Below, in pieces: positions 19,045 through 30,264 of a stretch of 64,000 nt of DNA (positions are counted from its first letter, which is position 1; each line of letters opens with the position of its first letter). The notes beneath the pieces are model-generated. The model made no database searches. It saw nothing but the letters and a program-made list of their open reading frames with translations, and was not told the DNA's origin. Origin of the DNA: Bacteroidota bacterium (GTDB lineage: Bacteria > Bacteroidota > Bacteroidia > UBA7662); NCBI GenBank assembly GCA_027485465.1, contig JAIXRA010000016.1, positions 6 to 64,005 of the forward strand. Direction: 5' to 3'. A program made the position numbers and the translations under genes.

Positions 19045-19374
19045 TTGGAAACGATGGAATGGAGCTTACAGGATTTGCCAACACTGATTAACAGTGTACT
19101 ACCTCACCTTTATTTGCTATTGCTCGCTGTTTTTTTGGGCATTGAGGTGATTGGTCGGGTGCCTCAGGTTTTGCACACCCCCCTGATGTCTGGCTCGAAC
19201 GCCCTGTCAGGGGTGGTGGTGGTCGGTTCCATTCTCCTCGTGGGGAAGGCCGAGCAGGCTCCTTGGCCGGTCTTGGTTTTGGGTTGCTTGTCCTTGGTCT
19301 TAGCCACCGTGAATGTGGTGGGTGGATTTGCCGTTACCGGGCGTATGCTCAACATGTTCCGCAAAAAGAAATAA
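19045..19374 (+). CDS. pntAB: NAD(P) transhydrogenase alpha subunit, part 2 (membrane segment)
   Basis: ~100-aa protein with 3 TM helices, between pntAA and pntB. Confidence 0.75.
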   Translation: METMEWSLQDLPTLINSVLPHLYLLLLAVFLGIEVIGRVPQVLHTPLMSGSNALSGVVVVGSILLVGKAEQAPWPVLVLGCLSLVLATVNVVGGFAVTGRMLNMFRKKK

Positions 19375-19375
19375 G

Positions 19376-20806
19376 ATGGAAACACTGATGGAGGTGGGCT
19401 ACTTGGTGGCTCTTGTTTGTTTTGTGTTAGGGATTAAAGGGATGAGCGACCCGGCGACCTCCAACCGAGGGAATCTCGTCTTGGCATTGGGCATGGGCTT
19501 GGCCGTCTTGGTGACTCTTTTTCTCCCAGGGCTCTCCAACCTACCGTACATTCTAGGGTCGTTGGTGTTGGGCTCCGTGGTAGGACTACGGATGTCTGGG
19601 CAGGCCAAAATGACCGAAATGCCGCAGATGGTTTCTTTGCTTAATGGATTTGGAGGCTTGGCGGCGGCCTTGGTGGCCTTGGCCGAGGTGGTGGATTTGT
19701 TGTACGGTGAGGGTCTGCTTCGTTTGTTGACCCAAACATCGGGGATGGGGTCCATGGGATCTTATTACTTGGTTTTTTATATTGTCACCTTGATGATCAG
19801 TTTATCGGTCGGCGGTATCTCGTTTACCGGTTCGGTTTTCGCAATGGCTAAGTTGGACGGCAAGGTGAGTGGTCAGCCCATCCGCTTCCCCATGCAGGGT
19901 TTGGCAACCAATGGACTCTTGTTCGCCCAGGTCCTGTTGATCGTGGGGATGATCCTGGCGCCTACCTATGCCGAGCCGATGGTCTATCTTCTTTTTGTTT
20001 TGTCCTTGGTTTACGGGGTTCTTTTTGTAATGCCCATTGGGGGGGCCGACATGCCGGTCGTCATTTCTTTTTTGAATTCCCTCACGGGTCTGACCGCCGC
20101 CACCACGGGATTGCTCTTTGACAACCGCGCCATGCTCATGGGCGGTGTTTTGGTGGGCGCATCGGGTGTGTACTTGACGGTCCTCATGTGCAAAGCCATG
20201 AATCGGACCTTGGGCGCCGTGCTTCTGGGTCAGTTCAATGCCTCAGGAGGCGGTGCCGGTCGCGAGATGAACGGTCAAATCCGGGAGATAGGCACCTACG
20301 ATGCCGCGGTTTTGCTGGCATATTCTTCCCGCGTTGTGGTGGTGCCTGGATACGGAATGGCCGTCGCCCAGGCCCAGCATCCCATGCACGAGCTCGAAAA
20401 ACTCTTGGTATCGAAGGGCGTTCAATGCCGTTATGCCATTCACCCTGTGGCGGGTCGTATGCCCGGCCATATGAATGTTTTGCTAACCGAAGCCGATGTC
20501 TCCTACGATTTATTGATGGAGATGGAGGCCATTAATCCTGAATTTCCCCAAACCGATGTGGTGGTGGTGGTCGGTGCGAACGATGTGGTCAATCCGGCTG
20601 CCGAAACCGATCCGGGTTCCCCCGTCTACGGGATGCCTATTCTTAAGGCTTACCAGGCCAAGAACATCATCGTGATCAAGCGCTCCATGGCCGCGGGTTA
20701 TGCCGGTGTGGAGAATGAGCTTTTTTACGACCCCAAAACACGAATGTTGTTTGGGGATGCCAAAGCCGTTTTGTCGGAGTTGATTCAGGCCGTGAAGGGT
20801 TTGTAA
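19376..20806 (+). CDS. pntB: NAD(P) transhydrogenase beta subunit
   Basis: Polytopic N-terminus plus a C-terminal NADP(H)-binding dIII domain (..VVVGANDVVNPAA..). The ATG at 19376 is used; the ORF-track start upstream overlaps pntAB. Confidence 0.88.
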   Translation: METLMEVGYLVALVCFVLGIKGMSDPATSNRGNLVLALGMGLAVLVTLFLPGLSNLPYILGSLVLGSVVGLRMSGQAKMTEMPQMVSLLNGFGGLAAALVALAEVVDLLYGEGLLRLLTQTSGMGSMGSYYLVFYIVTLMISLSVGGISFTGSVFAMAKLDGKVSGQPIRFPMQGLATNGLLFAQVLLIVGMILAPTYAEPMVYLLFVLSLVYGVLFVMPIGGADMPVVISFLNSLTGLTAATTGLLFDNRAMLMGGVLVGASGVYLTVLMCKAMNRTLGAVLLGQFNASGGGAGREMNGQIREIGTYDAAVLLAYSSRVVVVPGYGMAVAQAQHPMHELEKLLVSKGVQCRYAIHPVAGRMPGHMNVLLTEADVSYDLLMEMEAINPEFPQTDVVVVVGANDVVNPAAETDPGSPVYGMPILKAYQAKNIIVIKRSMAAGYAGVENELFYDPKTRMLFGDAKAVLSELIQAVKGL

Positions 20807-20986
20807 GGCGGGGTCTTGCCAAGGCTTTTGCAAGGTTGAGGCTTGGTTCTAGTGCCCAAAAATTATTTTTGGAATTACTACAAAAGGTGCAATTTTTGAG
20901 GAGCCGAACGTTTGTGCTTTCGGGCCCAACCTTAGACCTCAACCGCCCACCTTTTTTGTTATACTTTCCAAAATTCTCCTCCACCC

Positions 20987-22276
20987 ATGTCCTCCTCCCC
21001 CGCTGAACTCCATTACAACGGTCAGGTTTACCCCTTGCCCCTCCTGGTTGGTACCGAAAACGAACCGGCCGTCGATATTTCCAAACTGCGGGACGATACA
21101 GGGTTGGTGACCTTGGATATTGGCTACAAAAACACCGGCGCTACCAAGAGCGCCATCACCTTTATTGACGGAGATGCAGGGATTCTGAGTTATCGCGGTT
21201 ACCCCATTGAGCAATTGGCGGCCAATTCCAGTTTTATGGAGGTTTCCTACCTTTTGCTATACGGGGAATTGCCGACCATGTCCCAATTGGAGACCTTTAA
21301 TCATAGCATCACGCACAGGACCCTGGTCCACGAAAATATCAAGAAGTTTTTGGATGCCTATCCGGCATCGACCCATCCCATGGGGGTTTTGATGAGCACC
21401 ATCGCGTCGCTATCTAGTTTTTACCCCAATTCCTTGATTGCGAACCGTCCGATGGCCGATATGGACCGGACCTACCACCGCTTGATTGCCAAAATGGCCA
21501 CCATAGCGGCTTGGACCTACAAAAAATCACTGGGGCACCCCTACATGTACCCCAACAACAAATTGGACTATGTCAGCAATTTCCTCCAAATGATGTTCGG
21601 GCACCGGACGGAGGATTATATCGCGGATCCGGTCGTGGTTGATGCCTTGAACAAATTATTGATTCTCCACGCAGACCACGAGCAAAACTGCTCCGCGTCC
21701 ACCGTACGCATGGTTGGTTCTTCGCATGCCAACATTTATGCGGCTGTTGCTGCCGGGGTAGGGGCCTTGTGGGGTCCATTGCACGGTGGTGCTAACCAGG
21801 CAGTGATTGAAATGTTGGAGCAAATCCGGGCCGATGGTGGGCAGGTTTCCAAGTTTGTGGCCAAGGCCAAGGACAAAAACGACCCCTTCCGCCTCATGGG
21901 TTTTGGTCACAGAGTTTACAAGAATTTTGATCCCCGGGCCCGCATTATCAAAGAAGCCTGCGATCAGGTTTTGAACAAATTGGGCGTCAACGATCCGGTA
22001 CTGGACATCGCCAAACAATTAGAAACCACCGCATTGCAAGACGATTACTTTATCGAGCGCAAGTTGTACCCCAACGTAGATTTCTATTCCGGGATCATTT
22101 ACCGTGCGATTGGTATCCCCACCGATATGTTTACGGTCATGTTTGCCTTGGGCCGTTTGCCGGGCTGGATTGCCCAGTGGAAAGAGATGCGTGAACTCAA
22201 CGAGCCGATAGGTAGGCCACGGCAGGTTTATGTAGGCCATCCCCGCAGGGACTACTTGCCCATTACCAAGCGCTGA
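20987..22276 (+). CDS. gltA: Citrate synthase
   Basis: Full-length type II citrate synthase with the GFGHRVYKNFDPRA signature. Confidence 0.92.
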   Translation: MSSSPAELHYNGQVYPLPLLVGTENEPAVDISKLRDDTGLVTLDIGYKNTGATKSAITFIDGDAGILSYRGYPIEQLAANSSFMEVSYLLLYGELPTMSQLETFNHSITHRTLVHENIKKFLDAYPASTHPMGVLMSTIASLSSFYPNSLIANRPMADMDRTYHRLIAKMATIAAWTYKKSLGHPYMYPNNKLDYVSNFLQMMFGHRTEDYIADPVVVDALNKLLILHADHEQNCSASTVRMVGSSHANIYAAVAAGVGALWGPLHGGANQAVIEMLEQIRADGGQVSKFVAKAKDKNDPFRLMGFGHRVYKNFDPRARIIKEACDQVLNKLGVNDPVLDIAKQLETTALQDDYFIERKLYPNVDFYSGIIYRAIGIPTDMFTVMFALGRLPGWIAQWKEMRELNEPIGRPRQVYVGHPRRDYLPITKR

Positions 22277-22320
22277 CCACTGGTCCAGGCTCTTGGAAAC
22301 CGGAACGAGCGAATTTGGGC

Positions 22321-23625
22321 TTAGTTCCGTTGGGCGCTATGGTAAGCCTCTTCGATTTCGTCGGTCCGTATGGGCAAATCCTTCATTAAATCAACGGGCC
22401 CGGCTGCGCTAACCACGACATCGTTTTCGATCCGAATGCCCAACCCTTCTTCGGGAATGTAAAGACCGGGCTCGCAGGTTATGACCATCCCTTCCTGAAG
22501 GGATTCGTAACGGGCCCCAACATCGTGGACATCCAAACCAAGGAAATGCCCCGTGCCATGGGGAAAATACCTTTTATAGGCCGGTGATTTGGGATCCTGC
22601 TTTGCAACATCTTCGGAGCTGATAAGTCCCAAGCGCAGAACCGCATCTTGCATGATGAGGGCAGATTCCTGGTTGTAATCGTTCAGGCTTCGACCGGGTC
22701 GTAGCAAATCCATTGCTTGGCGTTGTACGTCCAGAACGGCATCGTACACCTCTTTTTGTCGGGGTGTAAAACGACCGTTGACCGGGATACAGCGGGTTAA
22801 ATCGGCGGCGTAATGCGCATACGATGCCCCAAAATCCATCAACAGCAGGTCACCGTCCTTGCAGGGAGCCGCATTGCGGGTATAATGAAGAATGCAGGCG
22901 TGGTCTCCCGATGCGATAATGGGTTCAAAGCTGAAGCCTTCGGCCCCCTGGCCCAGAATAGATCCCGCGAGGGCAGCCTCCACCTGGTATTCCATACAAC
23001 CGGGCCGGATGACCTTCAGGGCCTGCAAAAGGGCGTTGTGGGTAATCGAGATGGCTTTTTGGAGGGTTTGGACTTCCTCTTGGCTTTTGACGGCGCGCAA
23101 GCGGTCCAGGGCAGGGGAGGCTCGATGAAAACGGTGCAGGGGAAAATCGTTGGTGAGGCGGCCGGCCAGCCTTTGGGAGGCGGATCGAACAGGGGAGGCA
23201 GAGGCTCGGTCGTTTTCGTTCAAAGCCAAGTGGATATCGCTGGCGTATTTGGCCTGGGTCCACAAAACAGTCTCAAAATCTTTTTCCCACAGGACTTGGG
23301 CGATTCCCGATAGGGCCGAGGCCTCTTCTCGGCTATGCCGAGGCCCTTCCCAAACGGCCAATTCTGGGCTGGTTTCCCGGACAAAAAGGACTTCCCGGTA
23401 GGCGGGGTTGGGACAATCGGGGAACAAAAGCAGGGCTGTGAGCTCCTGATCGATGCCGCTGAGCCAGTAAAGATTGGAATCCGGTCGATAGGGATGATAG
23501 GCGTCGCCGTTGGCCGGAACCTGGTCAGAGGCCACAAAAACCGCCATGGAACCGCTTCCAAGGGAGGCCGTGTAGCGGGCGCGGTTCGCGACAAAAACAG
23601 AAGAATCGAGGGGTTGATAGCGCAT
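22321..23625 (-). CDS. pepP: Xaa-Pro aminopeptidase (M24B, PepP-like)
   Basis: Creatinase/prolidase N-domain plus M24 metal ligands (..MDFGASYAHYAADLTR.., HGTGHFLGLDVHD, ..EPGLYIPEEG..). Start taken at MRYQPLD, the ATG on the minus strand at 23625. Confidence 0.8.
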   Translation of the reverse strand: MRYQPLDSSVFVANRARYTASLGSGSMAVFVASDQVPANGDAYHPYRPDSNLYWLSGIDQELTALLLFPDCPNPAYREVLFVRETSPELAVWEGPRHSREEASALSGIAQVLWEKDFETVLWTQAKYASDIHLALNENDRASASPVRSASQRLAGRLTNDFPLHRFHRASPALDRLRAVKSQEEVQTLQKAISITHNALLQALKVIRPGCMEYQVEAALAGSILGQGAEGFSFEPIIASGDHACILHYTRNAAPCKDGDLLLMDFGASYAHYAADLTRCIPVNGRFTPRQKEVYDAVLDVQRQAMDLLRPGRSLNDYNQESALIMQDAVLRLGLISSEDVAKQDPKSPAYKRYFPHGTGHFLGLDVHDVGARYESLQEGMVITCEPGLYIPEEGLGIRIENDVVVSAAGPVDLMKDLPIRTDEIEEAYHSAQRN

Positions 23626-23727
23626 ATAGGGGTGGTCTTGGGGGAATGGACAAAGGTAAGCGGGGCTTTTTGATTGTGGATAAAGCCCCCGGAATCCCCT
23701 ATTTTGTTTAAAAAAATGGCCGATACC

Positions 23728-23759
23728 TTTGGATTTACACACAAAATCCTCTACTTTTG
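23728..23759 (+). promoter_or_regulatory. Candidate Bacteroidetes sigma-A promoter for the ribosomal protein mega-operon (TTTG -33 / TAcTTTTG -7)
   Basis: TTTG at 23728, a 20-nt spacer, then TACTTTTG at 23752-23759, about 50 nt upstream of the rpsL ATG. Confidence 0.4.
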
Positions 23760-23808
23760 CACTCCCTCAAAAATAGGGGTCGGACAACGATACCAGAAAC
23801 CAAACACC

Positions 23809-24216
23809 ATGCCTACCATTCAGCAATTGGTCAAAAACGGCCGGGAACACAAGGCGGACAAGAGCAAATCTCCTGCCTTGGACTCCTGCCCACAGCGTCG
23901 CGGGGTCTGCACCCGTGTCTATACGACCACTCCCAAGAAGCCCAATTCAGCCATGCGCAAAGTGGCTCGTGTTCGCTTGACCAACCAAAAGGAGGTCAAC
24001 GCCTACATCCCCGGTGAGGGACACAACCTGCAGGAGCACTCCATCGTGTTGATCCGCGGTGGTCGTGTGAAGGACTTGCCAGGTGTTCGCTACCATATTA
24101 TTCGTGGTGCTTTGGATACGGCCGGTGTAAACGGCCGCAAACAGGGTCGCTCCAAATACGGAGCCAAGGCCAAGCAGGCCGCAGCGCCAACCAAAGGCAA
24201 AGGCGGTAAAAAGTAA
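23809..24216 (+). CDS. rpsL: 30S ribosomal protein S12
   Basis: [12 protein letters not shown].. is near-universal S12 sequence. The ORF-track upstream extension is rejected. Confidence 0.95.
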   Translation: MPTIQQLVKNGREHKADKSKSPALDSCPQRRGVCTRVYTTTPKKPNSAMRKVARVRLTNQKEVNAYIPGEGHNLQEHSIVLIRGGRVKDLPGVRYHIIRGALDTAGVNGRKQGRSKYGAKAKQAAAPTKGKGGKK

Positions 24217-24237
24217 TTTGATTATCAAGGTAAAGTC

Positions 24238-24705
24238 ATGAGAAAAACCTCCGCCAAGAAGCGCTTTGTTGAACCGGACCCCAAATTCCGGGACGAAATC
24301 GTCACCAAGTTCATCAACAACCTGATGTACGATGGGAAGAAGAGCACGGCCAGTCAGATTTTTTACCTGGCCGTTGAGAACATCGAAAAGAAATTATCAG
24401 AGCCCGGTATCGAAGTTTGGCGCCGAGCCTTGAACAATGTGATGCCATCGGTGGAAGTCAAAAGCCGCCGTGTCGGTGGATCAACGTTTCAGGTCCCCGT
24501 TGAAGTGAAGCCCAACCGCAAGCAAGCATTGGGTATGCGTTGGTTGATTGGTTACGCCCGCAAGCGCAATGAAAAGACCATGACCGATAAACTAGCCGCT
24601 GAAATCATTGCCGCCTCCAAAGGCGAAGGTGCTGCGGTCAAGAAAAAAGAAGACACCTATCGTATGGCCGAAGCCAACAAAGCATTCTCTCATTTCCGAT
24701 TCTAA
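24238..24705 (+). CDS. rpsG: 30S ribosomal protein S7
   Basis: Conserved S7 sequence, str operon order. Confidence 0.95.
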   Translation: MRKTSAKKRFVEPDPKFRDEIVTKFINNLMYDGKKSTASQIFYLAVENIEKKLSEPGIEVWRRALNNVMPSVEVKSRRVGGSTFQVPVEVKPNRKQALGMRWLIGYARKRNEKTMTDKLAAEIIAASKGEGAAVKKKEDTYRMAEANKAFSHFRF

Positions 24706-24750
24706 TTCCAACCGATTCCAACCCCTAGCTACGGCTCATACCCCATTATC

Positions 24751-26883
24751 ATGTCACAGAAGGATTTAGGCTTCACCCGCAATATTGGAATCGCGGCCCA
24801 TATTGACGCCGGCAAGACCACGACCACCGAGCGTGTTCTGTATTATACCGGCATGACCCACAAAATCGGTGAGGTTCACGACGGTGCTGCGACCATGGAC
24901 TGGATGGCCCAGGAGCAGGAACGTGGTATCACCATCACCTCGGCTGCTACCAAGACTTCTTGGAAATGGCAGGACAGGGAATACGCAGTCAATATCATTG
25001 ATACCCCCGGCCACGTTGATTTTACCGTAGAAGTTAACCGTTCCCTCCGCGTATTGGACGGGCTGGTTTTTTTGTTTTCAGCCGTCGACGGGGTTGAGCC
25101 TCAATCCGAAACCAACTGGCGTCTCGCTGATAATTACAAAGTACCCCGTTTGGGTTTTGTAAACAAAATGGACCGTCAGGGTTCTGATTTTTTCAAAGTA
25201 TGCCAGCAGGTCAAAGACATGTTGGGTTCCAACGCCGTCCCGATTCAAATTCCCATCGGCGAAGAAGAACATTTCAAAGGGGTGATCGATTTGATTACCA
25301 ACCAAGCCATTGTTTGGGACGAGGCCTCCAAGGGCATGACCTTCCAAGTGATCGAAACCCCTGCCGATTTAGTGGAGGAGGCCCATCGCTACCGTCAGCA
25401 GTTGATTGAAGTCTGCGCCGATTACGATGACGCTTTGATGGAGAAGTTTTTTGATGATCCCGATTCCATCACCCACGATGAACTGCGTGCGGCCCTTCGC
25501 AAAGCGGTCTGCGACCAAAAAGTCGTCCCCATGCTTTGCGGTTCTGCCTTCAAAAACAAAGGGGTACAGGCCGTGTTGGATGCTGTCTGCGCCTTCTTGC
25601 CATCGCCCACCGATCAGGAAGCGGTGACCGGGACCAATCCCAAAACCGATGCCGAAGAAACACGCAAGCCATCCGTAGATGCTCCTTTTTCTGCATTGGC
25701 TTTCAAAGTGGCCACGGATCCCTTCGTTGGACGCTTGGTATTCTTCCGGGTTTACAGCGGTCGCTTGGATGCGGGTTCCTATGTATTGAAGGTCCGCAAC
25801 GAGCCAGACAAAGGTATTGTCATGGAAAAGGAGCGTATTTCTCGTCTCTTCCAAATGCATGCCAACGATCGCAAGGCCATTGACTTCGTTGAAGCCGGTG
25901 ACATCTGTGCTGCCGTAGGTTTCAAAGACATCAAAACAGGGGATACCCTCTGTGCCGAGAATGCTCCCATCATTTTGGAGGCCATGCAATTCCCAGATCC
26001 GGTTATTGGTTTGGCGATTGAACCCAAGACGCAAGCAGACTCTGATAAATTGGGAACAGCCCTCGCCAAATTGGCCGAGGAAGATCCCACCTTCAAGGTC
26101 AAAACCGACGAGGATACCGGTCAAACCATTATTTCTGGTATGGGTGAATTGCACCTCGAAATCATCGTAGACCGTCTGCGTCGTGAATTCAAGGTTGAGT
26201 GCAACCAGGGTGCCCCGCAGGTTAACTACAAAGAGGCTATTACATCGCCCGTTACCCACCGTGAGGTTTACAAGAAGCAGACCGGTGGTCGTGGTAAGTT
26301 CGCCGACATTTTTGTCGAAATCATGCCCGGTGATCCTGAGAAGGCTGGTTTGGAATTTGTGAATGAAATCGTCGGCGGATCTGTTCCAAGGGAATTTATT
26401 CCTTCGGTCGAGAAGGGCTTTGCCGCCGCCATGGCCAACGGTGTTTTGGCCGGTTTTACCATGGACACCCTCAAGGTTCGCCTTTTTGATGGTAGTTTCC
26501 ACGCAGTGGACTCCGATTCGCTGTCCTTTGAAATTGCAGCTCGTACGGCTTTCCGTGAGGCTTGCCGCAAAGCCAACCCGATTCTCCTGGAGCCCATCAT
26601 GAAAGTGGAGGTTATTACCCCCGAAGATTATATGGGCGATGTGATCGGTGACTTGAACAAGCGTCGTGGTCAGATGCAGGGCATGGATTCCAGGAATGGA
26701 GCCCAGGTCATCAAAGCCCAGGTTCCCTTGGCCGAGATGTTTGGCTATGTGACGGTTCTGCGGACCCTTACATCCGGTCGTGCCACTTCCACCATGGAGT
26801 TCTCGCATTATACCGAAACCCCCAAGAATATTTCCGAAGACGTCCTGGCCAAGTACAAGGCCATGAAAGCTGAAAAAGATTAA
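24751..26883 (+). CDS. fusA: Elongation factor G
   Basis: G domain [20 protein letters not shown], 710 aa. Confidence 0.95.
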   Translation: MSQKDLGFTRNIGIAAHIDAGKTTTTERVLYYTGMTHKIGEVHDGAATMDWMAQEQERGITITSAATKTSWKWQDREYAVNIIDTPGHVDFTVEVNRSLRVLDGLVFLFSAVDGVEPQSETNWRLADNYKVPRLGFVNKMDRQGSDFFKVCQQVKDMLGSNAVPIQIPIGEEEHFKGVIDLITNQAIVWDEASKGMTFQVIETPADLVEEAHRYRQQLIEVCADYDDALMEKFFDDPDSITHDELRAALRKAVCDQKVVPMLCGSAFKNKGVQAVLDAVCAFLPSPTDQEAVTGTNPKTDAEETRKPSVDAPFSALAFKVATDPFVGRLVFFRVYSGRLDAGSYVLKVRNEPDKGIVMEKERISRLFQMHANDRKAIDFVEAGDICAAVGFKDIKTGDTLCAENAPIILEAMQFPDPVIGLAIEPKTQADSDKLGTALAKLAEEDPTFKVKTDEDTGQTIISGMGELHLEIIVDRLRREFKVECNQGAPQVNYKEAITSPVTHREVYKKQTGGRGKFADIFVEIMPGDPEKAGLEFVNEIVGGSVPREFIPSVEKGFAAAMANGVLAGFTMDTLKVRLFDGSFHAVDSDSLSFEIAARTAFREACRKANPILLEPIMKVEVITPEDYMGDVIGDLNKRRGQMQGMDSRNGAQVIKAQVPLAEMFGYVTVLRTLTSGRATSTMEFSHYTETPKNISEDVLAKYKAMKAEKD

Positions 26884-26892
26884 ACCGCCGTT

Positions 26893-27198
26893 ATGAGCCA
26901 TCGTATTCGCATCAAACTCAAGTCCTACGATCACAACTTGGTCGATAAATCGGCGGAGAAGATCGTAAAGACCGTCAAAATGACGGGCGCCGTTGTGAGC
27001 GGTCCTATTCCATTGCCGACCGAAAAGAAAATCTTTACCGTGCTCAAATCACCGCACGTTAACAAAAAAGCCCGTGAGCAGTTTCAACTCTGCTCTTACA
27101 AGCGGGTGATGGATATCCACAGTTCTTCGTCCAAGACCGTGGATGCTCTTATGAAGCTGGAATTGCCCAGCGGTGTGGACGTCGAAATCAAAGTCTAA
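26893..27198 (+). CDS. rpsJ: 30S ribosomal protein S10
   Basis: [14 protein letters not shown].. is conserved S10 sequence. Confidence 0.95.
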   Translation: MSHRIRIKLKSYDHNLVDKSAEKIVKTVKMTGAVVSGPIPLPTEKKIFTVLKSPHVNKKAREQFQLCSYKRVMDIHSSSSKTVDALMKLELPSGVDVEIKV

Positions 27199-27202
27199 CG
27201 CT

Positions 27203-27820
27203 ATGTCAGGTATAATTGGTAAAAAAATTGGAATGACCTCCGTCTTTGCGGCGGATGGTGCAATGATTCCCTGTACCGTTCTGGAAGCAGGACCCTGTGT
27301 GGTAACGCAGGTCCGCACCAAGGACAAGGATGGGTACGAAGCTGTTCAATTGGCTTTTGGTGATCGCAAGGAGAAATCCTCGACCCAACCGCTCATTGGT
27401 CACTTCAAGAAAGCCGGCACAGGCCCCAAGGCCAAGGTAACCGAATTCCGTGGTTTCAAAAAGGACCTTCAGTTGGGCGACCAGGTGGATGTGACCCTCT
27501 TTCAAGAGGGTGATACGGTGGATGTCATCGGAGAGACCAAGGGTAAAGGATTCCAAGGTGTCGTCAAGCGTCACGGTTTTGGTGGGGTCGGCGGCCAAAC
27601 CCACGGTCAGCACAACCGATTGCGTGCTCCCGGTTCTTTGGGCGCTTCGTCATTCCCCAGCCGCGTTTTCAAAGGAATGCGGATGGCCGGGCAAACCGGT
27701 AACGTTCGCCGCACCGCTCAGAATTTACAAATTGTTAAAGTTTATCCCGAGCAAAATCTCCTCGTGGTCAAAGGCTCCGTTCCCGGTGCCAACGGCTCTT
27801 GGGTTTTGGTTCAGAAATAA
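27203..27820 (+). CDS. rplC: 50S ribosomal protein L3
   Basis: [15 protein letters not shown] start at the internal ATG 27203. Confidence 0.93.
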   Translation: MSGIIGKKIGMTSVFAADGAMIPCTVLEAGPCVVTQVRTKDKDGYEAVQLAFGDRKEKSSTQPLIGHFKKAGTGPKAKVTEFRGFKKDLQLGDQVDVTLFQEGDTVDVIGETKGKGFQGVVKRHGFGGVGGQTHGQHNRLRAPGSLGASSFPSRVFKGMRMAGQTGNVRRTAQNLQIVKVYPEQNLLVVKGSVPGANGSWVLVQK

Positions 27821-27836
27821 TTCACTCGCCTACGTC

Positions 27837-28463
27837 ATGGAAACCGCCGTTTATTCCCGCTCAGGCCAAGCCACCGATCGCAAAGTGGTTCTGGATGATC
27901 AGGTTTTTTGTTCCGAGCCCAACGATCACGCCATTTACTTGGACGTCAAGTTGCACCTCGCTAATCGTCGCCAGGGTACCGCCAAGGCCAAGGAAAGGTC
28001 CGAAATGAGCGGTTCAACCCGCAAACTTTTCCGTCAAAAGGGAACCGGTGGCGCTCGCCGCGGGGATATCAACAGCCCTTTGATGTACGGTGGAGCTCGT
28101 GTTTTCGGTCCCAAGCCACGGGATTATTCCTTCAAACTCAACAAGAAATTACGGCAGCTTGCCCGTCGTTCCGCCCTATCCTACAAGGTTCAGGGGAATC
28201 AACTCTTTGTTGTGGAGGACTTTTCGATGGATGCCCCCAAGACCAAGGAATTCATGACCCTCATCCGGAATTTTCAACTGGACGGACGTCGGGTTCTGTT
28301 GGTGACCGGCGAAAATCAGCCGAACCTGGTTCTCTCTGGCCGTAATATTCCCAATGCCCGGGTGATGATTGCCCAGGATTTGAATACCTACGATGTTATG
28401 AACGCTCACTGCCTTCTCGTTCAACAGAGTGCCGTGGCCAAAATTCAGGAAACCCTCCTCTAA
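27837..28463 (+). CDS. rplD: 50S ribosomal protein L4
   Basis: [11 protein letters not shown].. The ORF-track 5' extension overlaps rplC and is rejected. Confidence 0.9.
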   Translation: METAVYSRSGQATDRKVVLDDQVFCSEPNDHAIYLDVKLHLANRRQGTAKAKERSEMSGSTRKLFRQKGTGGARRGDINSPLMYGGARVFGPKPRDYSFKLNKKLRQLARRSALSYKVQGNQLFVVEDFSMDAPKTKEFMTLIRNFQLDGRRVLLVTGENQPNLVLSGRNIPNARVMIAQDLNTYDVMNAHCLLVQQSAVAKIQETLL

Positions 28464-28472
28464 GAACTAGTT

Positions 28473-28763
28473 ATGGAAACCCTCAAAAAGCCGGTGGTAA
28501 CCGAAAAAATGACCCGTTTGACGGAGAAGCATCAGCAATATGCTTTTCGTGTTGACAAGCGTGCCAACAAGATTCAGATCCGGACTGCTGTTGAAAGTAT
28601 GTACGGTGTGACGGTGGAATCGGTGAATACCATGCGATATGCTGGGGATACCCGCAGTCGCAGTACCAAATCGGGCATCTTGCGTGGTCGCACCGATTCT
28701 TTCAAAAAAGCTATTGTTACCCTCAAAGCCGGGGATAGTATTGATTATTACGCCGGCCTCTAA
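28473..28763 (+). CDS. rplW: 50S ribosomal protein L23
   Basis: S10 operon order; conserved L23. Confidence 0.92.
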   Translation: METLKKPVVTEKMTRLTEKHQQYAFRVDKRANKIQIRTAVESMYGVTVESVNTMRYAGDTRSRSTKSGILRGRTDSFKKAIVTLKAGDSIDYYAGL

Positions 28764-28772
28764 ATTATTGCT

Positions 28773-29597
28773 ATGTCAGTCAAACGATTCAAACCGCTAA
28801 CCCCGGGACTTCGCTTTAAGGTTGCTAATACCTTTGCGGAGTTGACCACGGACAAGCCTGAGAAGTCCTTGTTGGCCCCTCTTTCCAAATCCGGGGGCCG
28901 AAACAGGGATGGCAAAATGACCATGCGCTATATGGGCGGTGGCCATAAGAAAATGTACCGTGTGGTGGACTTTCGCCGTGACAAGTTGGACATTCCAGCG
29001 ACGGTGAAGACCATTGAATACGATCCCAATCGCTCCGCCTTCATCGCTCTCTTGTTTTATGCCGATGGTGAGAAGCGCTACATTTTGGCTCCCAAAGGGT
29101 TGAAGGTCGGAAACACCGTCATGTCTGGAACCAAGGCGACCCCGGATACGGGCAATTGCATGTACCTCTCCAGTATTCCTTTGGGCTCTAGCATTCATAA
29201 CATTGAATTGCGCCCTGGTCGTGGTGGGCAAATGGTTCGTTCGGCGGGTGGTTCCGCTGTTCTTGCGGCTCGCGATGGCCAGTATGCCATTATCAAATTG
29301 CCTTCCGGTGAAACCCGGATGGTATTGCAGACCTGCATGGCTACCATGGGTGCTTTGTCGAACGAAGACCACTTTTTGGAAATCAGCGGTAAAGCCGGAC
29401 GTTCCCGTTGGTTAGGTCGCCGTCCAAGGGTCCGTGGTGTTGCGATGAACCCAGTCGATCACCCGATGGGTGGTGGTGAAGGCCGTGCATCCGGTGGACA
29501 TCCACGCTCACGCAACAGCATTCCTTCGAAGGGTTACAAAACCCGTCGTGGCAAGCGTCCTTCGGATCGCCTGATCATCAAACGTCGTACCAACTAA
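28773..29597 (+). CDS. rplB: 50S ribosomal protein L2
   Basis: 274 aa, conserved L2 (..[15 protein letters not shown]..). Confidence 0.95.
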   Translation: MSVKRFKPLTPGLRFKVANTFAELTTDKPEKSLLAPLSKSGGRNRDGKMTMRYMGGGHKKMYRVVDFRRDKLDIPATVKTIEYDPNRSAFIALLFYADGEKRYILAPKGLKVGNTVMSGTKATPDTGNCMYLSSIPLGSSIHNIELRPGRGGQMVRSAGGSAVLAARDGQYAIIKLPSGETRMVLQTCMATMGALSNEDHFLEISGKAGRSRWLGRRPRVRGVAMNPVDHPMGGGEGRASGGHPRSRNSIPSKGYKTRRGKRPSDRLIIKRRTN

Positions 29598-29625
29598 TTC
29601 CGTAACGCAACTTACATACATCGTT

Positions 29626-29892
29626 ATGCCCCGTTCCCTCAAAAAAGGCCCCTTCATTGAATACACCCTCGAGCGCAAAATCGAGGCAATGAACAACGGC
29701 TCCAAAAAAACCGTGGTTAAAACCTGGTCTCGGCGTTCCATGGTGATTCCCGAATTTGTCGGTCACACCATCGCTGTTCACAACGGTAACAAGTTTATCC
29801 CTGTCTATGTGACCGAAAACATGGTCGGACACAAATTGGGCGAATTTTCACCAACCCGTACGTTCCGGGGTCACTCCGGTAATCGCAAATAA
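29626..29892 (+). CDS. rpsS: 30S ribosomal protein S19
   Basis: [19 protein letters not shown]. Confidence 0.95.
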   Translation: MPRSLKKGPFIEYTLERKIEAMNNGSKKTVVKTWSRRSMVIPEFVGHTIAVHNGNKFIPVYVTENMVGHKLGEFSPTRTFRGHSGNRK

Positions 29893-29900
29893 TCGACGCT

Positions 29901-30260
29901 ATGGAAGCCAAAGCTATACTTAGGGATTGCCCTACCTCCCCTCAAAAGATGCGTTTGCTGGCCGATATGATTCGCGGTCGCAAAGTGGATCAGGCCCAAG
30001 GCCTTTTGAAGTTTTCCAAAAAGGATGCTTCCGCCCGCCTCGAGAAGCTTTTGATGTCTGCTGTTGCCAATTGGGAGCGCAAAAACGAGGACCTCAGTCT
30101 TGAATCGGCAGAACTCTACGTCAAACAGATTTTTGTGGACGGTGGAAAGATGCTCAAGCGTCTTCGTCCAGCCCCCCAGGGTCGTGGCCATCGTATTCTC
30201 AAAAGATCCAATCATATTACCATCGTGGTGGATGCCACGACCAACTCCGAAAACGCCTAA
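29901..30260 (+). CDS. rplV: 50S ribosomal protein L22
   Basis: Conserved L22, operon order. Confidence 0.93.
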   Translation: MEAKAILRDCPTSPQKMRLLADMIRGRKVDQAQGLLKFSKKDASARLEKLLMSAVANWERKNEDLSLESAELYVKQIFVDGGKMLKRLRPAPQGRGHRILKRSNHITIVVDATTNSENA

Positions 30261-30264
30261 TTAA

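Noticed and set aside
20807-20986. 180-nt intergenic region between pntB and gltA, checked for a tRNA, sRNA or terminator
   Set aside because: Only short imperfect hairpins (CCGAA..TTCGG) without a U-tract, and no cloverleaf-compatible sequence. It is most likely just the gltA promoter region.
25369-26934. 521-aa ORF on the minus strand, antisense to fusA
   Set aside because: fusA on the + strand is unambiguous and highly conserved. Long antisense ORFs are expected in GC-rich, codon-biased genes. The translation is low-complexity with no recognisable motif.
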